From Escherichia phage Lw1, in the sequence record KC801932: a DNA stretch of 64,000 bases; one strand, written 5' to 3'. A model generated the notes under the pieces. The model saw only the letters and a program-made list of their open reading frames with translations. It was not told the DNA's origin and searched no databases. Below, piece by piece: positions 30,355 through 40,659 of this stretch (position 1 is the first letter of the stretch; the number at the start of each line of letters is the position of its first letter). The translations under genes and the position numbers were made by a program.

Positions 30355-32346
30355 ATGGCTTTACAATCTCCAGGTATTGAAACCAAAGAAACATCGGTAC
30401 AATCTACCGTTGTTCGAAATTCAACTGGTCGCGCTGCCATTGTTGGTAAATTTTCATGGGGGCCAGCTTATCAGATCCGTCAGATTTCTAACGAAGTCGA
30501 ACTGGTAAACTATTTTGGTTCCCCAGACAACCTAACCGCTGATTATTTCATGAGTGCTGTTAACTTCTTGCAGTACGGTAATGATCTCCGTGTGGTTCGT
30601 GTTGTCGATAAAGATGCCGCAAAAAACGCAAGCGCAATTTTTAACCAGATCAAAACAACCATTGCTTCGCAGGGTTCCAACTACACCGTTGGCGACGTAA
30701 TTAAGGTAAAATATAGCAACAACGTAGTTGAAGAAAATGGTAAAGTGTCAAAAGTTGACAGTAACGGCAAAATCCTTGCGGTAGTCATCCCAAGCGAAAA
30801 AATCGTTGCTCGTGCAAAACAGATCGGGACTTATCCAGATATTTCTACTGGCTGGACTACTGAAATCGTTTCTCAGTCTTCTGGTGTGTCTGCGTCAATC
30901 ACGATCGATGGTATCGAAAGCGATTCTGGTATCACTCTGCTGAACCTGGATATTGCTAAAGAAACCATTCAAGGAACTGCGTTCCAGACACTGACCCAGA
31001 AATACCAGATCCCATCTGTTGTGGCTCTGTATCCTGGCGAACTGGGTTCTACTGTAGAGGTGGAGATTATCTCCAAAGCTGCTTACGATTCTGGCGCTAT
31101 GATTTCCGGTTTCCCTTCTGGGATCTCCGTTAAAAACAGCGGTCGCTCTGTGATGACTTATGGTCCACAGACCGAAAACCAGTACGCTTTTGTTGTGCGT
31201 CGTGGTGGTATTGTACAAGAATCTTTCATCGTGTCAACAGAAAAAACCGACAAAGATATCTACGGCGTAAACATCTATATGGATGACTTTTTCGCTAACG
31301 GTGGTTCACAGTACGTATTCGGTACTTCTATGAACTGGCCTAAAGGCTTCTCCGGTATTCTAGAATTTGGTGGTGGTTTGTCCTCAAACGACACCGTAGG
31401 CGCTGATGAACTGATGACTGGTTGGGATATGTTCGCTGATCGCGAAGCCCTTCACGTCCCGCTGCTGATTGCTGGTGCTTGTGCTGGTGAAACCGTAGAA
31501 GTAATGTCTACTGTTCAGAAGCATGTTATCTCGATCGGTGACGAACGTCAGGATTGTACTGTGTTTGTATCGCCTCCGCGTTCTCTTCTGGTGAACATTC
31601 CTCTTGCTCAGGCAGTGGATAACATCGTTGAATGGCGTATGGGATATACAATCAGTGGTAACACTCCGGTAGACAACAACCTGAACGTAAGTTCAAGCTA
31701 TGGCTTCCTGGATGGTAACTATAAATATCAGTATGATAAATACAATGACGTGAACCGCTGGGTTCCGCTGGCAGGTGATATCGCTGGCCTGTGTGTTTAC
31801 ACTGATAGCGTTGCGCAACCGTGGATGTCTCCGGCTGGTTACAACCGTGGTCAGATCCGTAACTGCATTAAACTGGCTATTGAACCGCGTACTGCACACC
31901 GTGACGCGATGTATCAAGTTCAGATTAACCCGGTAACAGGTTTTGCAGGTGGCTCTGGTTTCGTTCTGTTCGGTGATAAAACACTGACTAATGTTCCGAG
32001 TCCGTTCGATCGTATCAACGTTCGTCGCTTGTTCAACATGATCAAGAAAGACATCGGGGATAACGCGAAATACAAACTGTTTGAAAACAACGACGATTTC
32101 ACCCGTGCTTCGTTCCGTATGGATACTGGTCAGTACATGACGAATATTCGTGCGCTGGGTGGTTGCTATGATTACCGTGTAATCTGCGATACCACGAACA
32201 ACACGCCGGATGTAATTGATCGTAACGAGTTTGTAGCGACCATTTACGTGAAACCGCCACGTTCTATCAACTACATCACTCTGAACTTCGTAGCAACGTC
32301 TACAGGCGCAGATTTCGATGAATTGGTAGGGCCACAAGCCGTATAA
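30355..32346 (+). CDS. 18: tail sheath protein gp18
   Basis: 663 aa, strong similarity pattern to T4 gp18. Confidence 0.95.
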   Translation: MALQSPGIETKETSVQSTVVRNSTGRAAIVGKFSWGPAYQIRQISNEVELVNYFGSPDNLTADYFMSAVNFLQYGNDLRVVRVVDKDAAKNASAIFNQIKTTIASQGSNYTVGDVIKVKYSNNVVEENGKVSKVDSNGKILAVVIPSEKIVARAKQIGTYPDISTGWTTEIVSQSSGVSASITIDGIESDSGITLLNLDIAKETIQGTAFQTLTQKYQIPSVVALYPGELGSTVEVEIISKAAYDSGAMISGFPSGISVKNSGRSVMTYGPQTENQYAFVVRRGGIVQESFIVSTEKTDKDIYGVNIYMDDFFANGGSQYVFGTSMNWPKGFSGILEFGGGLSSNDTVGADELMTGWDMFADREALHVPLLIAGACAGETVEVMSTVQKHVISIGDERQDCTVFVSPPRSLLVNIPLAQAVDNIVEWRMGYTISGNTPVDNNLNVSSSYGFLDGNYKYQYDKYNDVNRWVPLAGDIAGLCVYTDSVAQPWMSPAGYNRGQIRNCIKLAIEPRTAHRDAMYQVQINPVTGFAGGSGFVLFGDKTLTNVPSPFDRINVRRLFNMIKKDIGDNAKYKLFENNDDFTRASFRMDTGQYMTNIRALGGCYDYRVICDTTNNTPDVIDRNEFVATIYVKPPRSINYITLNFVATSTGADFDELVGPQAV

Positions 32347-32368
32347 GTCAAAGGGGCTTTTCAGCCCC

Positions 32369-32376
32369 TATAAATA
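32369..32376 (+). promoter_or_regulatory. T4-type late promoter TATAAATA upstream of gp19
   Basis: Exact TATAAATA preceded by aggggc/gcccct hairpin. Confidence 0.5.
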
Positions 32377-32390
32377 ATCCGAGGTTAAAA

Positions 32391-32876
32391 ATGCTTACTG
32401 ACATTTTACGCGCCTTTGAATCCGGTGATTTCGCACGTCCGAACTTGTTCGAAGTAGAGATCCCGTATCTGGGCAAAAACTTTAAATTCAAATGTAAAGC
32501 GGCAACAATGCCAGCGGCTACAGTTGAAAAAGTCCCTGTAGGCTACCAGAACCGCAAAATTAACGTTGCTGGCGACCGTACCTATGATGACTGGACAATC
32601 ACAATCTATAACGATGACGCGCACAATACGAGAAACGCACTGGTAGCATGGTCAAATATGCTGCACGGTATGGGTGATCAAATTAGCGGTGATATTCCAG
32701 CGAACTACAAAAAAACTGCTACGGTGAAACAGAAAAACCGTAACGAAGAGATAACCGCTGAACACACCATTCATGGTTTATTCCCGACTAACGTTGGTGA
32801 GGTTACTTTGGACTGGGATTCGAATAATGAAGTATCAACTTTCGAGTGTACCTTTGCGCTGGACTGGTGGGAATAA
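32391..32876 (+). CDS. 19: tail tube protein gp19
   Basis: AFESGDFARPNLF..KINVAGDRT..DDWT..LDWDSNNE motifs shared with T4 gp19. Confidence 0.95.
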   Translation: MLTDILRAFESGDFARPNLFEVEIPYLGKNFKFKCKAATMPAATVEKVPVGYQNRKINVAGDRTYDDWTITIYNDDAHNTRNALVAWSNMLHGMGDQISGDIPANYKKTATVKQKNRNEEITAEHTIHGLFPTNVGEVTLDWDSNNEVSTFECTFALDWWE

Positions 32877-32881
32877 AGAGT

Positions 32882-32889
32882 TATAAATA
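32882..32889 (+). promoter_or_regulatory. T4-type late promoter TATAAATA upstream of gp20, followed by 7-bp stem hairpin aggggta-gcaa-tacccct
   Basis: Exact TATAAATA ~40 nt upstream of ATG 32931. Confidence 0.5.
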
Positions 32890-32930
32890 CAGGGGTAGCA
32901 ATACCCCTATCATTATTTTTCGGAGTTACT

Positions 32931-34505
32931 ATGAACTTTTTGGGCTTTGGCAATGTACTTAGCTTTTTCAAGAATTTCGCCCGTGAGGATGAAATTGAAC
33001 TTGAACAGCAATTAAAAAATGATACAGGTTCGGTCGCGCCTCCTAAAAATAATGATGGTGCTTACGAGATCGAAACCGATCTGAATAACCAGAAATATGC
33101 TGGCGTATTCCAACAATTTTATTCTGGACAAGATCCAGCGATCCAAAACAAAGAACAATTAATTAATACGTATCGCGGTATTATGTCTTATCCAGAAGTT
33201 GAAAACGCAGTGTCGGAAATTATCGACGATGCGATCGTTAACGAACAGGGTAAAGATATCATCACCCTGGATCTGGCTAAAACGAATTTTAGTAAGGCTA
33301 TTCAAGATAAGATCGTTGAAGAGTTCGACAACGTTCTAAATATCTATGACTTTGATAACATGGGCGCACGTCTGTTCCGTGATTGGTATGTGGATTCCCG
33401 TATATACTTCCATAAAATCATGCACAAAGACGAAACCAAAGGTATCCGCGAACTGCGTCAACTTGACCCGCGTTGCATGGAACTGATCCGAGAATCTATC
33501 ACAGAAACCCTTGATGGTGGCGTGAAAGTATTCCGGGGTTATCGCGAATTTTTCGTGTATAGCGCTCCTAAAGCTGGCTATACATACAACGGACAGATCT
33601 ACCAGGCAAACCAGAAGATTAAGATCCCGCGCTCCGCTATCGTGTACGCTCATTCCGGTCTGGAAGATTGCAGCAACAATATTATCGGATATCTTCACCG
33701 CGCTGTCAAGCCTGCAAACCAATTGCGTTTGCTTGAAGATGCGATGGTGATCTACCGTATTACCCGTGCTCCTGAACGCCGTGTGTTCTATATCGACGTT
33801 GGACAGATGGGCGGTAACAAAGCGACTCAGTACGTGAATAACATTGCACAGGGCTTAAAAAACCGTGTTGTGTATGATGCCCGTACAGGTACTGTTAAAA
33901 ACCAGCAGAACAACCTGTCAATGACAGAAGATTACTGGTTGATGCGTCGTGACGGTAAAGCGATTACAGAGGTTTCTACGCTTCCAGGCGGTCAGAACTT
34001 CTCTGATATGGATGATATCAAATGGTTTAACCGTAAGCTCTATGAAGCCCTGCGTGTGCCATTAAGCCGTATGCCTCGCGATGACGGGGGTATGCAAATT
34101 GGTGGTGGTGGTGAAATCACCCGTGATGAACTCAAATTTAACAAGTTCATACGCACACTGCAAATTCAGTTCAGTCCTGTTCTGTCAGATCCGTTAAAAA
34201 CGAACCTGATTGCGAAAAAAGTCATCACCGAAGATGAATGGGACGAGAACGTTAGCAAAATTTCGTTTATCTTCCAGCAGGATTCATATTATGCGGAAGT
34301 AAAAGACATCGAGATCATGGAACGCCGTCTAACGTTGATGTCTCAGGTCGAGGGTGTAGTTGGGAAATATGTCTCCCATAAATACATCATGAAAGAGATT
34401 CTTCGAATGTCCGACGAGGATATTGACGAACAAGCGAAATTGATCGAAGAAGAATCTAAAGAAGAACGTTTTAAAAATCCAGAAGCGGAAGAGGAAAACT
34501 TTTGA
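32931..34505 (+). CDS. 20: portal vertex protein gp20
   Basis: 524 aa (same as T4 gp20), synteny. Confidence 0.95.
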   Translation: MNFLGFGNVLSFFKNFAREDEIELEQQLKNDTGSVAPPKNNDGAYEIETDLNNQKYAGVFQQFYSGQDPAIQNKEQLINTYRGIMSYPEVENAVSEIIDDAIVNEQGKDIITLDLAKTNFSKAIQDKIVEEFDNVLNIYDFDNMGARLFRDWYVDSRIYFHKIMHKDETKGIRELRQLDPRCMELIRESITETLDGGVKVFRGYREFFVYSAPKAGYTYNGQIYQANQKIKIPRSAIVYAHSGLEDCSNNIIGYLHRAVKPANQLRLLEDAMVIYRITRAPERRVFYIDVGQMGGNKATQYVNNIAQGLKNRVVYDARTGTVKNQQNNLSMTEDYWLMRRDGKAITEVSTLPGGQNFSDMDDIKWFNRKLYEALRVPLSRMPRDDGGMQIGGGGEITRDELKFNKFIRTLQIQFSPVLSDPLKTNLIAKKVITEDEWDENVSKISFIFQQDSYYAEVKDIEIMERRLTLMSQVEGVVGKYVSHKYIMKEILRMSDEDIDEQAKLIEEESKEERFKNPEAEEENF

Positions 34506-34750
34506 TGAAAGAATTTATCGAAGCAATCAAAAGCGGCGATCTGGTGGAGGCTAAGAAGCAATTCTACTCCATCATGGAAGACCGTACCGAAGCCCTTCGC
34601 CAAGAAATGCGCGTTGAAATTGCAGAAGCAGTCCGAATCGAAGGTGAAACCGACGAAGACGACAGCGACGATGATAAAGACGACAAAGACGGCGAAAAAG
34701 GCGAAAAAGACAAAAAGCCGTCTGAAAAAGACGACAAAGCCGACGAATAA
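34502..34750 (+). CDS. 67: prohead core protein gp67
   Basis: 82 aa with acidic D/E/K-rich tail; synteny. Confidence 0.8.
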   Translation: MMKEFIEAIKSGDLVEAKKQFYSIMEDRTEALRQEMRVEIAEAVRIEGETDEDDSDDDKDDKDGEKGEKDKKPSEKDDKADE

Positions 34751-34762
34751 GAGGTGTAAATA

Positions 34763-35170
34763 ATGCAACTCGAACTCGAAGATATTAGTACCGAACTTAT
34801 CGAACCCCATTTAACCGAAGCGAAAGCCCGTGTTGATATTCTGGGGATTGATGAAGGTACAATTAAAATTATCGAAAATTTGGCGGTCGATGAACCTCAT
34901 TTGGCCCTGGCGATGATGTCCATTGTTGAGGGTTTGAGTTTAGATGAAGTCATTGTTAAACACGTCGATTCTCGCGGTAATGTGGAACGTAAAAAGGACC
35001 GCAAAACCCGTGAACGTAACGCGTATCAAACAACTGGTCTTACTAAATCTCAACGTCGCCAGATCGCGCGTCGTGCGATGAAAACAAAACGTGCGAATCC
35101 TTCTATTACAACCCGCGCACAACGTAAGCGCAAAAAAGCGCTCCGTAAACGCGCCGCATTAGGGCTATAA
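34763..35170 (+). CDS. 68: prohead core protein gp68
   Basis: 135 aa, basic C-terminus; synteny. Confidence 0.8.
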   Translation: MQLELEDISTELIEPHLTEAKARVDILGIDEGTIKIIENLAVDEPHLALAMMSIVEGLSLDEVIVKHVDSRGNVERKKDRKTRERNAYQTTGLTKSQRRQIARRAMKTKRANPSITTRAQRKRKKALRKRAALGL

Positions 35171-35172
35171 AT

Positions 35173-35820
35173 ATGAATGAATCCCAACTCAATGAAAACG
35201 GCGATATGCTGCTAATCGAGGAATGGGGTTTACCTTGTGCGGATATTTCCGATTCGATTTTAGAATCGGTCGGTGCGTCTAAAGACGGTAAACTTCGGAT
35301 TGAAGGTATTTTCCTACAGGCTGAAAAAGTAAACCGTAATAAACGACTGTACCCGAAAAAAGTATTAGAAGAAGCAGTAAATGATTATATCAGAACTCAA
35401 GTTAATACCCGTCAAGCACTGGGTGAAATGAATCACCCTCCGCGCCCGAATGTGGACCCGCGAAATGCTTGCATCCTCATTGAAAAAATGTGGTGGAAAG
35501 GTAATGACGTTTGGGGCCGTGCGGTTGTTGTCGAAGGTGACAACGCGGATGGTGATAAACTTGCGGCGTTAATTCGTGCTGGTTGGGTTCCTGGTGTTTC
35601 TTCTCGCGGACTAGGTAAACTTGCCGATTCCGGTAAAGGTTACGGTATCGTACAAGAAGGGTTTAAATTGGCTGTAGGTGTTGATGTAGTTTGGGGGCCA
35701 AGCGCTCCAGATGCTTACGTTAAACCAATAACCGAATCTCAGCAGACGAAACCGCTTGTTGAGAATATTAGTGCTGATGACGCTTTCAGAAAATTATCTG
35801 AACGTTTGAAAGGTCTATAA
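35173..35820 (+). CDS. 21: prohead core scaffold protease gp21
   Basis: 215 aa, synteny directly before gp22. Confidence 0.9.
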   Translation: MNESQLNENGDMLLIEEWGLPCADISDSILESVGASKDGKLRIEGIFLQAEKVNRNKRLYPKKVLEEAVNDYIRTQVNTRQALGEMNHPPRPNVDPRNACILIEKMWWKGNDVWGRAVVVEGDNADGDKLAALIRAGWVPGVSSRGLGKLADSGKGYGIVQEGFKLAVGVDVVWGPSAPDAYVKPITESQQTKPLVENISADDAFRKLSERLKGL

Positions 35821-35850
35821 ATAATATCATATCAAACAGGAAACTTAGAA

Positions 35851-36642
35851 ATGCTAAAAGAACAACTGTTGGCAGAAGCCCAGAACCTGGATACTCCAGT
35901 TGAGTTAGACAGCATTTTCGAATCAGTTGAACTTTCTGATGAAGTGAAAGCGAATTTCACCACTGTATTCGAACAAGCTGTAAAAGCTAACGCTGTAAAA
36001 CTCGCAGAATCCCATATCAATCAGATCGCGGAACGTTCCGATGAACTGGTTGAAGCCCAGGTTGCCGAAAAAGCTGGCGCAATCGAAACACAACTGTACG
36101 AAGATGCAAATAAATACTTCGACCACATCGCACAAGAATGGCTCTCAGAAAACAAAGAAGCCGTATCCCGCGATATTAAGGCCGACTTATTCGAATCTCT
36201 GGTTGCTGGTATGAAAGAATTGTTCGTTGATCACAACGTAATTATTCCAGAAGCCCAGGTTGATGTTGTTGCAGAACTCGAAGATGAACTGACCGAAAAT
36301 CAGCAGGAAGTTAAGCGCCTGTTTGAAGCGAATCAGGCTCAGGCTAAAGAGATCGCCAACATGAAACGCGATACAATCGTTTCAGAAAAAACCAAAGATT
36401 TAACCGAATCCCAGGTTGAGAAAGTTCAGAACCTGATCGAAGGTTTGGAATATTCCGACAAGTTCGAATCCAAACTGACCGCAATTGTCGAAATGGTAGC
36501 GACTAAAGCGGAAAAACAGGTTGACGAGAGTACAAATACTCAGACAACCACTAAAGACGATTTTGTTCCGGTAAATGAAAATGCTCCGGCAGAGAAATCG
36601 AAGATCAATAAATATGTTGAAGCGGCTAAACGCCTTTCCTAA
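35851..36642 (+). CDS. 22: prohead core scaffold protein gp22
   Basis: 263 aa acidic helical protein, synteny. Confidence 0.85.
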   Translation: MLKEQLLAEAQNLDTPVELDSIFESVELSDEVKANFTTVFEQAVKANAVKLAESHINQIAERSDELVEAQVAEKAGAIETQLYEDANKYFDHIAQEWLSENKEAVSRDIKADLFESLVAGMKELFVDHNVIIPEAQVDVVAELEDELTENQQEVKRLFEANQAQAKEIANMKRDTIVSEKTKDLTESQVEKVQNLIEGLEYSDKFESKLTAIVEMVATKAEKQVDESTNTQTTTKDDFVPVNENAPAEKSKINKYVEAAKRLS

Positions 36643-36663
36643 TCTTTTATAAGGTAAGAAACA

Positions 36664-38244
36664 ATGTCTAAGAAAAACGAATTGATGGAAAAATGGAACG
36701 ATCTTCTGGAATCTCAGGAAGGTTTACCGGATATCGCTACCAAATCCAAAAAACAACTGGTCGCTGCCATTCTGGAAGCACAGGAAAAAGACGCTGAAAC
36801 CGATCCGGTTTATCGCGACGAAAAAATTGTGGAATCCTTCGGTGGTTTCCTGGCAGAAGCAGAAATTGCTGGCGATCATAACTATGACCCGACCAACATC
36901 GCTTCTGGTAAATCCAGCGGTGCTATCACCAACATCGGTCCTGCTGTAATCGGTATGGTTCGCCGTGCGATCCCTAACCTGATTGCGTTCGACATTTGCG
37001 GTGTTCAGCCTATGACTGGTCCTACTGGTCAGGTGTTCGCTCTCCGTGCTGTCTACGGTAAAGATCCTCTGGCTGGCGGTACTCCGGCAGATGTTCGTGA
37101 AGCATTCCATCCGATGTTTGCCCCGGATACCATGTATTCTGGTCAGGGTGCTGCACCAAGCAACGGTTTCGCGAAAATCACTACTGGTACTGCAATTGCA
37201 ACTGGCGCTATCGTTTACCACTTCTTCGAAGAAACTGGTATTGCGTACTTCCAGAACGTAACTTCTGGTAACGTAACCGTAACTGGTGCTACTCCGGCAG
37301 AACTGGACCTGGCTGTTACCGCAGAGAACGAAAAAGGTACTCTGGCTGAAATTTCTCAGGCTATGGCTACCAGTGTAGCAGAACTCCAGGAAAACTTCAA
37401 CGGTTCCAGTTCTAACCCGTGGAACGAAATGGCTTTCCGTATCGACAAACAGGTTATCGAAGCCCGTAGCCGTCAACTGAAAGCACAGTATTCCGTTGAA
37501 CTGGCACAGGATCTCCGCGCTGTTCACGGTATGGACGCTGACGCAGAACTGTCTGCAATCCTGGCAACTGAAATCATGCTGGAAATCAACCGCGAAATCG
37601 TTGATCTGATCAACTTTACCGCGCAGATTGGTAAAACTGGTTTCACCAAGACTGTAGGCTCTAAAGCTGGTGCGTTTGACTTCCAAGATCCGGTAGATAT
37701 TCGCGGCGCTCGTTGGGCTGGTGAAAGCTACAAAGCTCTGTTGATTCAGATCGACAAAGAAGCGAACGAAATCGCACGTCAAACAGGCCGTGGTGCTGGT
37801 AACTTCATCATCGCTTCCCGTAACGTGGTTTCCGCTCTGGCTCGTATCGACAGCGGTATTACTCCGGCAGGTCAGGGCTTGCAGAAGTCTCTGAACGTTG
37901 ACACTACCAAAGCGGTATTCGCTGGTGTTCTGGGTGGCACTTACAAAGTGTACATCGACCAGTACGCTCGTAGCGATTACTTCACCGTTGGCTTCAAGGG
38001 TGATAACGAAATGGATGCTGGTATCTACTACGCTCCATACGTTGCGCTTACCCCGCTGCGTGGTTCTGATCCGAAGAACTTCCAGCCAGTAATGGGCTTC
38101 AAAACTCGTTACGGTATCGGTATCAACCCGTTTGCGAACTCTCGCACTCAGGCTCCGGCAGATCGTATCACCTCCGGTATGATCACTAAAGACATGGTCG
38201 GCAAAAACGCATACTTCCGTAAAGTATACGTTAAAGGTCTGTAA
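36664..38244 (+). CDS. 23: major capsid protein gp23
   Basis: Long stretches matching T4 gp23 (GPAVIGMVRRAIPNLIAFDICGVQPM, NPWNEMAFRIDKQVIEA, GIYYAPYVALTPLRGSDPKNFQPVMGFKTRYGIGINPFA). Confidence 0.97.
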   Translation: MSKKNELMEKWNDLLESQEGLPDIATKSKKQLVAAILEAQEKDAETDPVYRDEKIVESFGGFLAEAEIAGDHNYDPTNIASGKSSGAITNIGPAVIGMVRRAIPNLIAFDICGVQPMTGPTGQVFALRAVYGKDPLAGGTPADVREAFHPMFAPDTMYSGQGAAPSNGFAKITTGTAIATGAIVYHFFEETGIAYFQNVTSGNVTVTGATPAELDLAVTAENEKGTLAEISQAMATSVAELQENFNGSSSNPWNEMAFRIDKQVIEARSRQLKAQYSVELAQDLRAVHGMDADAELSAILATEIMLEINREIVDLINFTAQIGKTGFTKTVGSKAGAFDFQDPVDIRGARWAGESYKALLIQIDKEANEIARQTGRGAGNFIIASRNVVSALARIDSGITPAGQGLQKSLNVDTTKAVFAGVLGGTYKVYIDQYARSDYFTVGFKGDNEMDAGIYYAPYVALTPLRGSDPKNFQPVMGFKTRYGIGINPFANSRTQAPADRITSGMITKDMVGKNAYFRKVYVKGL

Positions 38245-38259
38245 GACTTTACACAAGAA

Positions 38260-38286
38260 AGGCAACCTACGGGTTGCCTTTTTTTA
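38260..38286 (+). terminator. rho-independent terminator after gp23
   Basis: aggcaacc tacg ggttgcct hairpin + ttttttt. Confidence 0.8.
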
Positions 38287-38336
38287 TGGTGTAAATAGAT
38301 ACAGGATAAAAGCCCTCTAATTCAGGAACCAAAGAA

Positions 38337-39635
38337 ATGAGTGAAAAACATTACACAATTCACAAGTTGATGCGTCAGTCTACGCTTCCCCCTGGTAAAC
38401 GCGAAAAGGTTATCAACGAAGCAACTGGAACGACCGACATCAACGTACAGAACACGCGCCCAGAACTGGTTTCTTTGACTCGCGCTGTTAACAACCTGAT
38501 CTATCATGAACTGGTTGCTGTACAAGAAACAAATTTACCCGTAGCAACTCTGTTTGGTGTTCGCTATCGTAACCCTAACGGCGACATGACTTTCTCCAGC
38601 GCTGCAACCTATTCAGGCCGCATATCTGGACGTACAGACATCGACGATATCGATCTGGCTAAGGCATACGTCAAAGGCGATTTATTCAAGCACGATGTCA
38701 CTGACGTTGTGTATGAGGTCATCGAACCTGTAACGCTAAACGCGCTGGATACTGATAAAGACACCGCAATCATGAAAGCTGTGTTCCAAAGTAAAATTCG
38801 TTTGGTTAGCGAAGCCGCAGACACTTCAAAATATGAAACCAGTGAAGATATCGCATCAACCTCTTTCCAGATGGATCGCTGGAACATTCCGGTTCGTTCA
38901 CGTAAGTTTAAAACTGAAATGACCGTGGAATTGATGCAGGATCTGGAAGCAAACCAGTTTGAAGCCGATGGGGTAATTGAAGATATCCTGGGTACGGTTG
39001 CAAGCGAAGAAGTCAACAAAGATATTATTCAGACGCTGATCACCGTTTCCAAACGATATAACGTTGATGGTGTAGTTGTCGATGGTATTTTTGACGGTAC
39101 AACCGCATACACTGCGAAGGATGCTCCAGCATTGGGCCGCATACTCTATCAATTAGCGTGTGAAATGGGTCAAGAAATGAATAGAACGACTTCATTTGAT
39201 GCAACCTACGTCCTCGCTAGTGCTCGCGTTGTAGGCGTTCTGGCTGCGTCTGGTTGGATGACCGAAACCGACGAACAACACCCGCTGGCAACTGGTAAAC
39301 TTCAAAACGGTTATTATGTCTATACCGACACGAATACACCGTTTGATTATCTGCTTACCGGATGCAAATACGATCTGGGTGATATGGATCACGTAGGTTC
39401 TCTGTTCTTCACTCCGTACACCGAAGCGGATGAAGCAGGTTCAATCAAGGTATCCGTAGATCCTGCATCACTGCAACCGAAAGTTGCTATTCTGATGCGT
39501 TACGGTTTATCTGTGAACCCATACACAACGGAATCCGACTCTGAACGGTTGACCAAAGGCGATGACTGGTCGAATCTGGCTGGTAAATCCAAACTCAGTC
39601 AAATCGTAGGTATTAAATTACCTAAGCTGGGTTAA
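38337..39635 (+). CDS. 24: capsid vertex protein gp24
   Basis: 432 aa; motifs LVSLTRA, SRKFKTEMTVELMQDLEAN, TLITVSKRY, LQP..A.L.RYGLS.NPYT shared with T4 gp24. Confidence 0.95.
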   Translation: MSEKHYTIHKLMRQSTLPPGKREKVINEATGTTDINVQNTRPELVSLTRAVNNLIYHELVAVQETNLPVATLFGVRYRNPNGDMTFSSAATYSGRISGRTDIDDIDLAKAYVKGDLFKHDVTDVVYEVIEPVTLNALDTDKDTAIMKAVFQSKIRLVSEAADTSKYETSEDIASTSFQMDRWNIPVRSRKFKTEMTVELMQDLEANQFEADGVIEDILGTVASEEVNKDIIQTLITVSKRYNVDGVVVDGIFDGTTAYTAKDAPALGRILYQLACEMGQEMNRTTSFDATYVLASARVVGVLAASGWMTETDEQHPLATGKLQNGYYVYTDTNTPFDYLLTGCKYDLGDMDHVGSLFFTPYTEADEAGSIKVSVDPASLQPKVAILMRYGLSVNPYTTESDSERLTKGDDWSNLAGKSKLSQIVGIKLPKLG

Positions 39636-39684
39636 TCAAGTTTTGAGAAGACCATTATAATAACAAAGATCAAGAAGGTCAAAC

Positions 39685-39849
39685 GAGCGAAGCGAGTTTT
39701 CACGAACGAAGTGAGTGATGGGTACTACTAACTACATAATTATATTTTTATATTTTATATATAGAGAAAATGTAGTTTTTGGTATGGTTTTTAACCAACT
39801 GTAAACTATCCGTCTTCGCTTCGCTCATTCATGTACTCACTTCGTTCGT
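39685..39849. repeat. ~140-bp dispersed repeat, copy 2 (same core and GC-rich inverted flanks as 4699..4860)
   Basis: Direct comparison with copy 1; flanking inverted repeats acgaacgaagtgagt / actcacttcgttcgt. Confidence 0.85.
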
Positions 39850-39853
39850 AGAT

Positions 39854-39881
39854 TTGACTTCTTGATCATGATGGTTATAAT
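39854..39881 (+). promoter_or_regulatory. sigma70-type promoter for uvsY (TTGACT - 16 nt - TATAAT)
   Basis: Consensus-like -35 and exact -10 ~25 nt upstream of uvsY ATG. Confidence 0.5.
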
Positions 39882-39904
39882 ACTACTTTGTTTTGAGGTG
39901 ATTC

Positions 39905-40327
39905 ATGGCTGAACTAAAACTTGAAGATTTACAGGCTGAACTCGAAAAGGATATGTTGATCGACCCTCTGAAACTACAGAGTGAATCAGCAGACATTCCT
40001 AAGATTTGGTCTAAGTGGCTTCGATATCATTCGAATGCTAAGAAAAAACTGATCCAGCTACAGGCCAGGAAAGAAGCAGAAGTGAAAGAACGGCTTCTGT
40101 ACTATACTGGAAGACACGAAACCGAAATGACTGATGTCATTTACACGGGTTCAGGTGAAATCAAGATCGCGATCAACGGTGATCCGAAAATTGTTGAGGT
40201 TAACAAACTGATTCAGTATTTCGAACTGATTGCGGAATTCACCAGTAAAGCCCTGGACATTGTTAAGAACAAAGGATATTCTATCAAAAATATGTTGGAA
40301 ATCCGAAAACTTGAAAGTGGTGCATAA
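39905..40327 (+). CDS. uvsY: recombination mediator UvsY
   Basis: 140 aa; LEDLQ.EL.KD..ID..KLQ...A...K..SKWL..HS pattern like T4 UvsY. Confidence 0.85.
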   Translation: MAELKLEDLQAELEKDMLIDPLKLQSESADIPKIWSKWLRYHSNAKKKLIQLQARKEAEVKERLLYYTGRHETEMTDVIYTGSGEIKIAINGDPKIVEVNKLIQYFELIAEFTSKALDIVKNKGYSIKNMLEIRKLESGA

Positions 40328-40328
40328 A

Positions 40329-40511
40329 ATGGCAGAATTACAAGAAGACTGTAAATGTGTGGTTTGCAAAAGACCGATGGTGACTGCTACTGGTTTTGTT
40401 ACTGAATCTGGTCCCGTGTGTGGCCCTATCTGTGCGCAGTATTTGATTGATCGCAACAAATCCGGTCTGAATGAAGCTGACGATCTGAACGAAGTTCAGA
40501 TGTTGCTATAG
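40329..40511 (+). CDS. small Cys-rich protein (60 aa; CKCVVCKRP...CGPIC)
   Basis: ATG immediately after uvsY stop; C-terminal part of ORF-track 40230..40511. Confidence 0.5.
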   Translation: MAELQEDCKCVVCKRPMVTATGFVTESGPVCGPICAQYLIDRNKSGLNEADDLNEVQMLL

Positions 40512-40519
40512 GTGGAAAT

Positions 40520-40657
40520 ATGAACGACTATTCGAAAATCGACTTTAACGAAGTATTTCGTTTGCTGGGATTGATGGAAGAATGTGTGAACCATGTTCAT
40601 TCACTTCGAATTAAATTTGAAAGTGGTTGCAATGAAGATGAACATCCATATTTTTAG
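40520..40657 (+). CDS. small protein candidate (45 aa)
   Basis: AGGTGG SD before ATG 40520; below ORF-track cutoff. Confidence 0.35.
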   Translation: MNDYSKIDFNEVFRLLGLMEECVNHVHSLRIKFESGCNEDEHPYF

Positions 40658-40659
40658 GG

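Noticed and set aside
31693-32337. 214-aa minus-strand ORF antisense to gp18
   Set aside because: Lies wholly inside the tail sheath gene; no SD, no motif; spurious
32352-32369. Hairpin aggggc-ttttca-gcccct after gp18 as a terminator
   Set aside because: Not followed by a T-run on the plus strand; more likely an RNA-stability hairpin overlapping the gp19 late promoter
36724-38265. 513-aa minus-strand ORF fully antisense to the major capsid gene
   Set aside because: gp23 on the plus strand is unambiguous by protein similarity; the antisense frame has no recognisable protein features and is best explained by codon-composition bias
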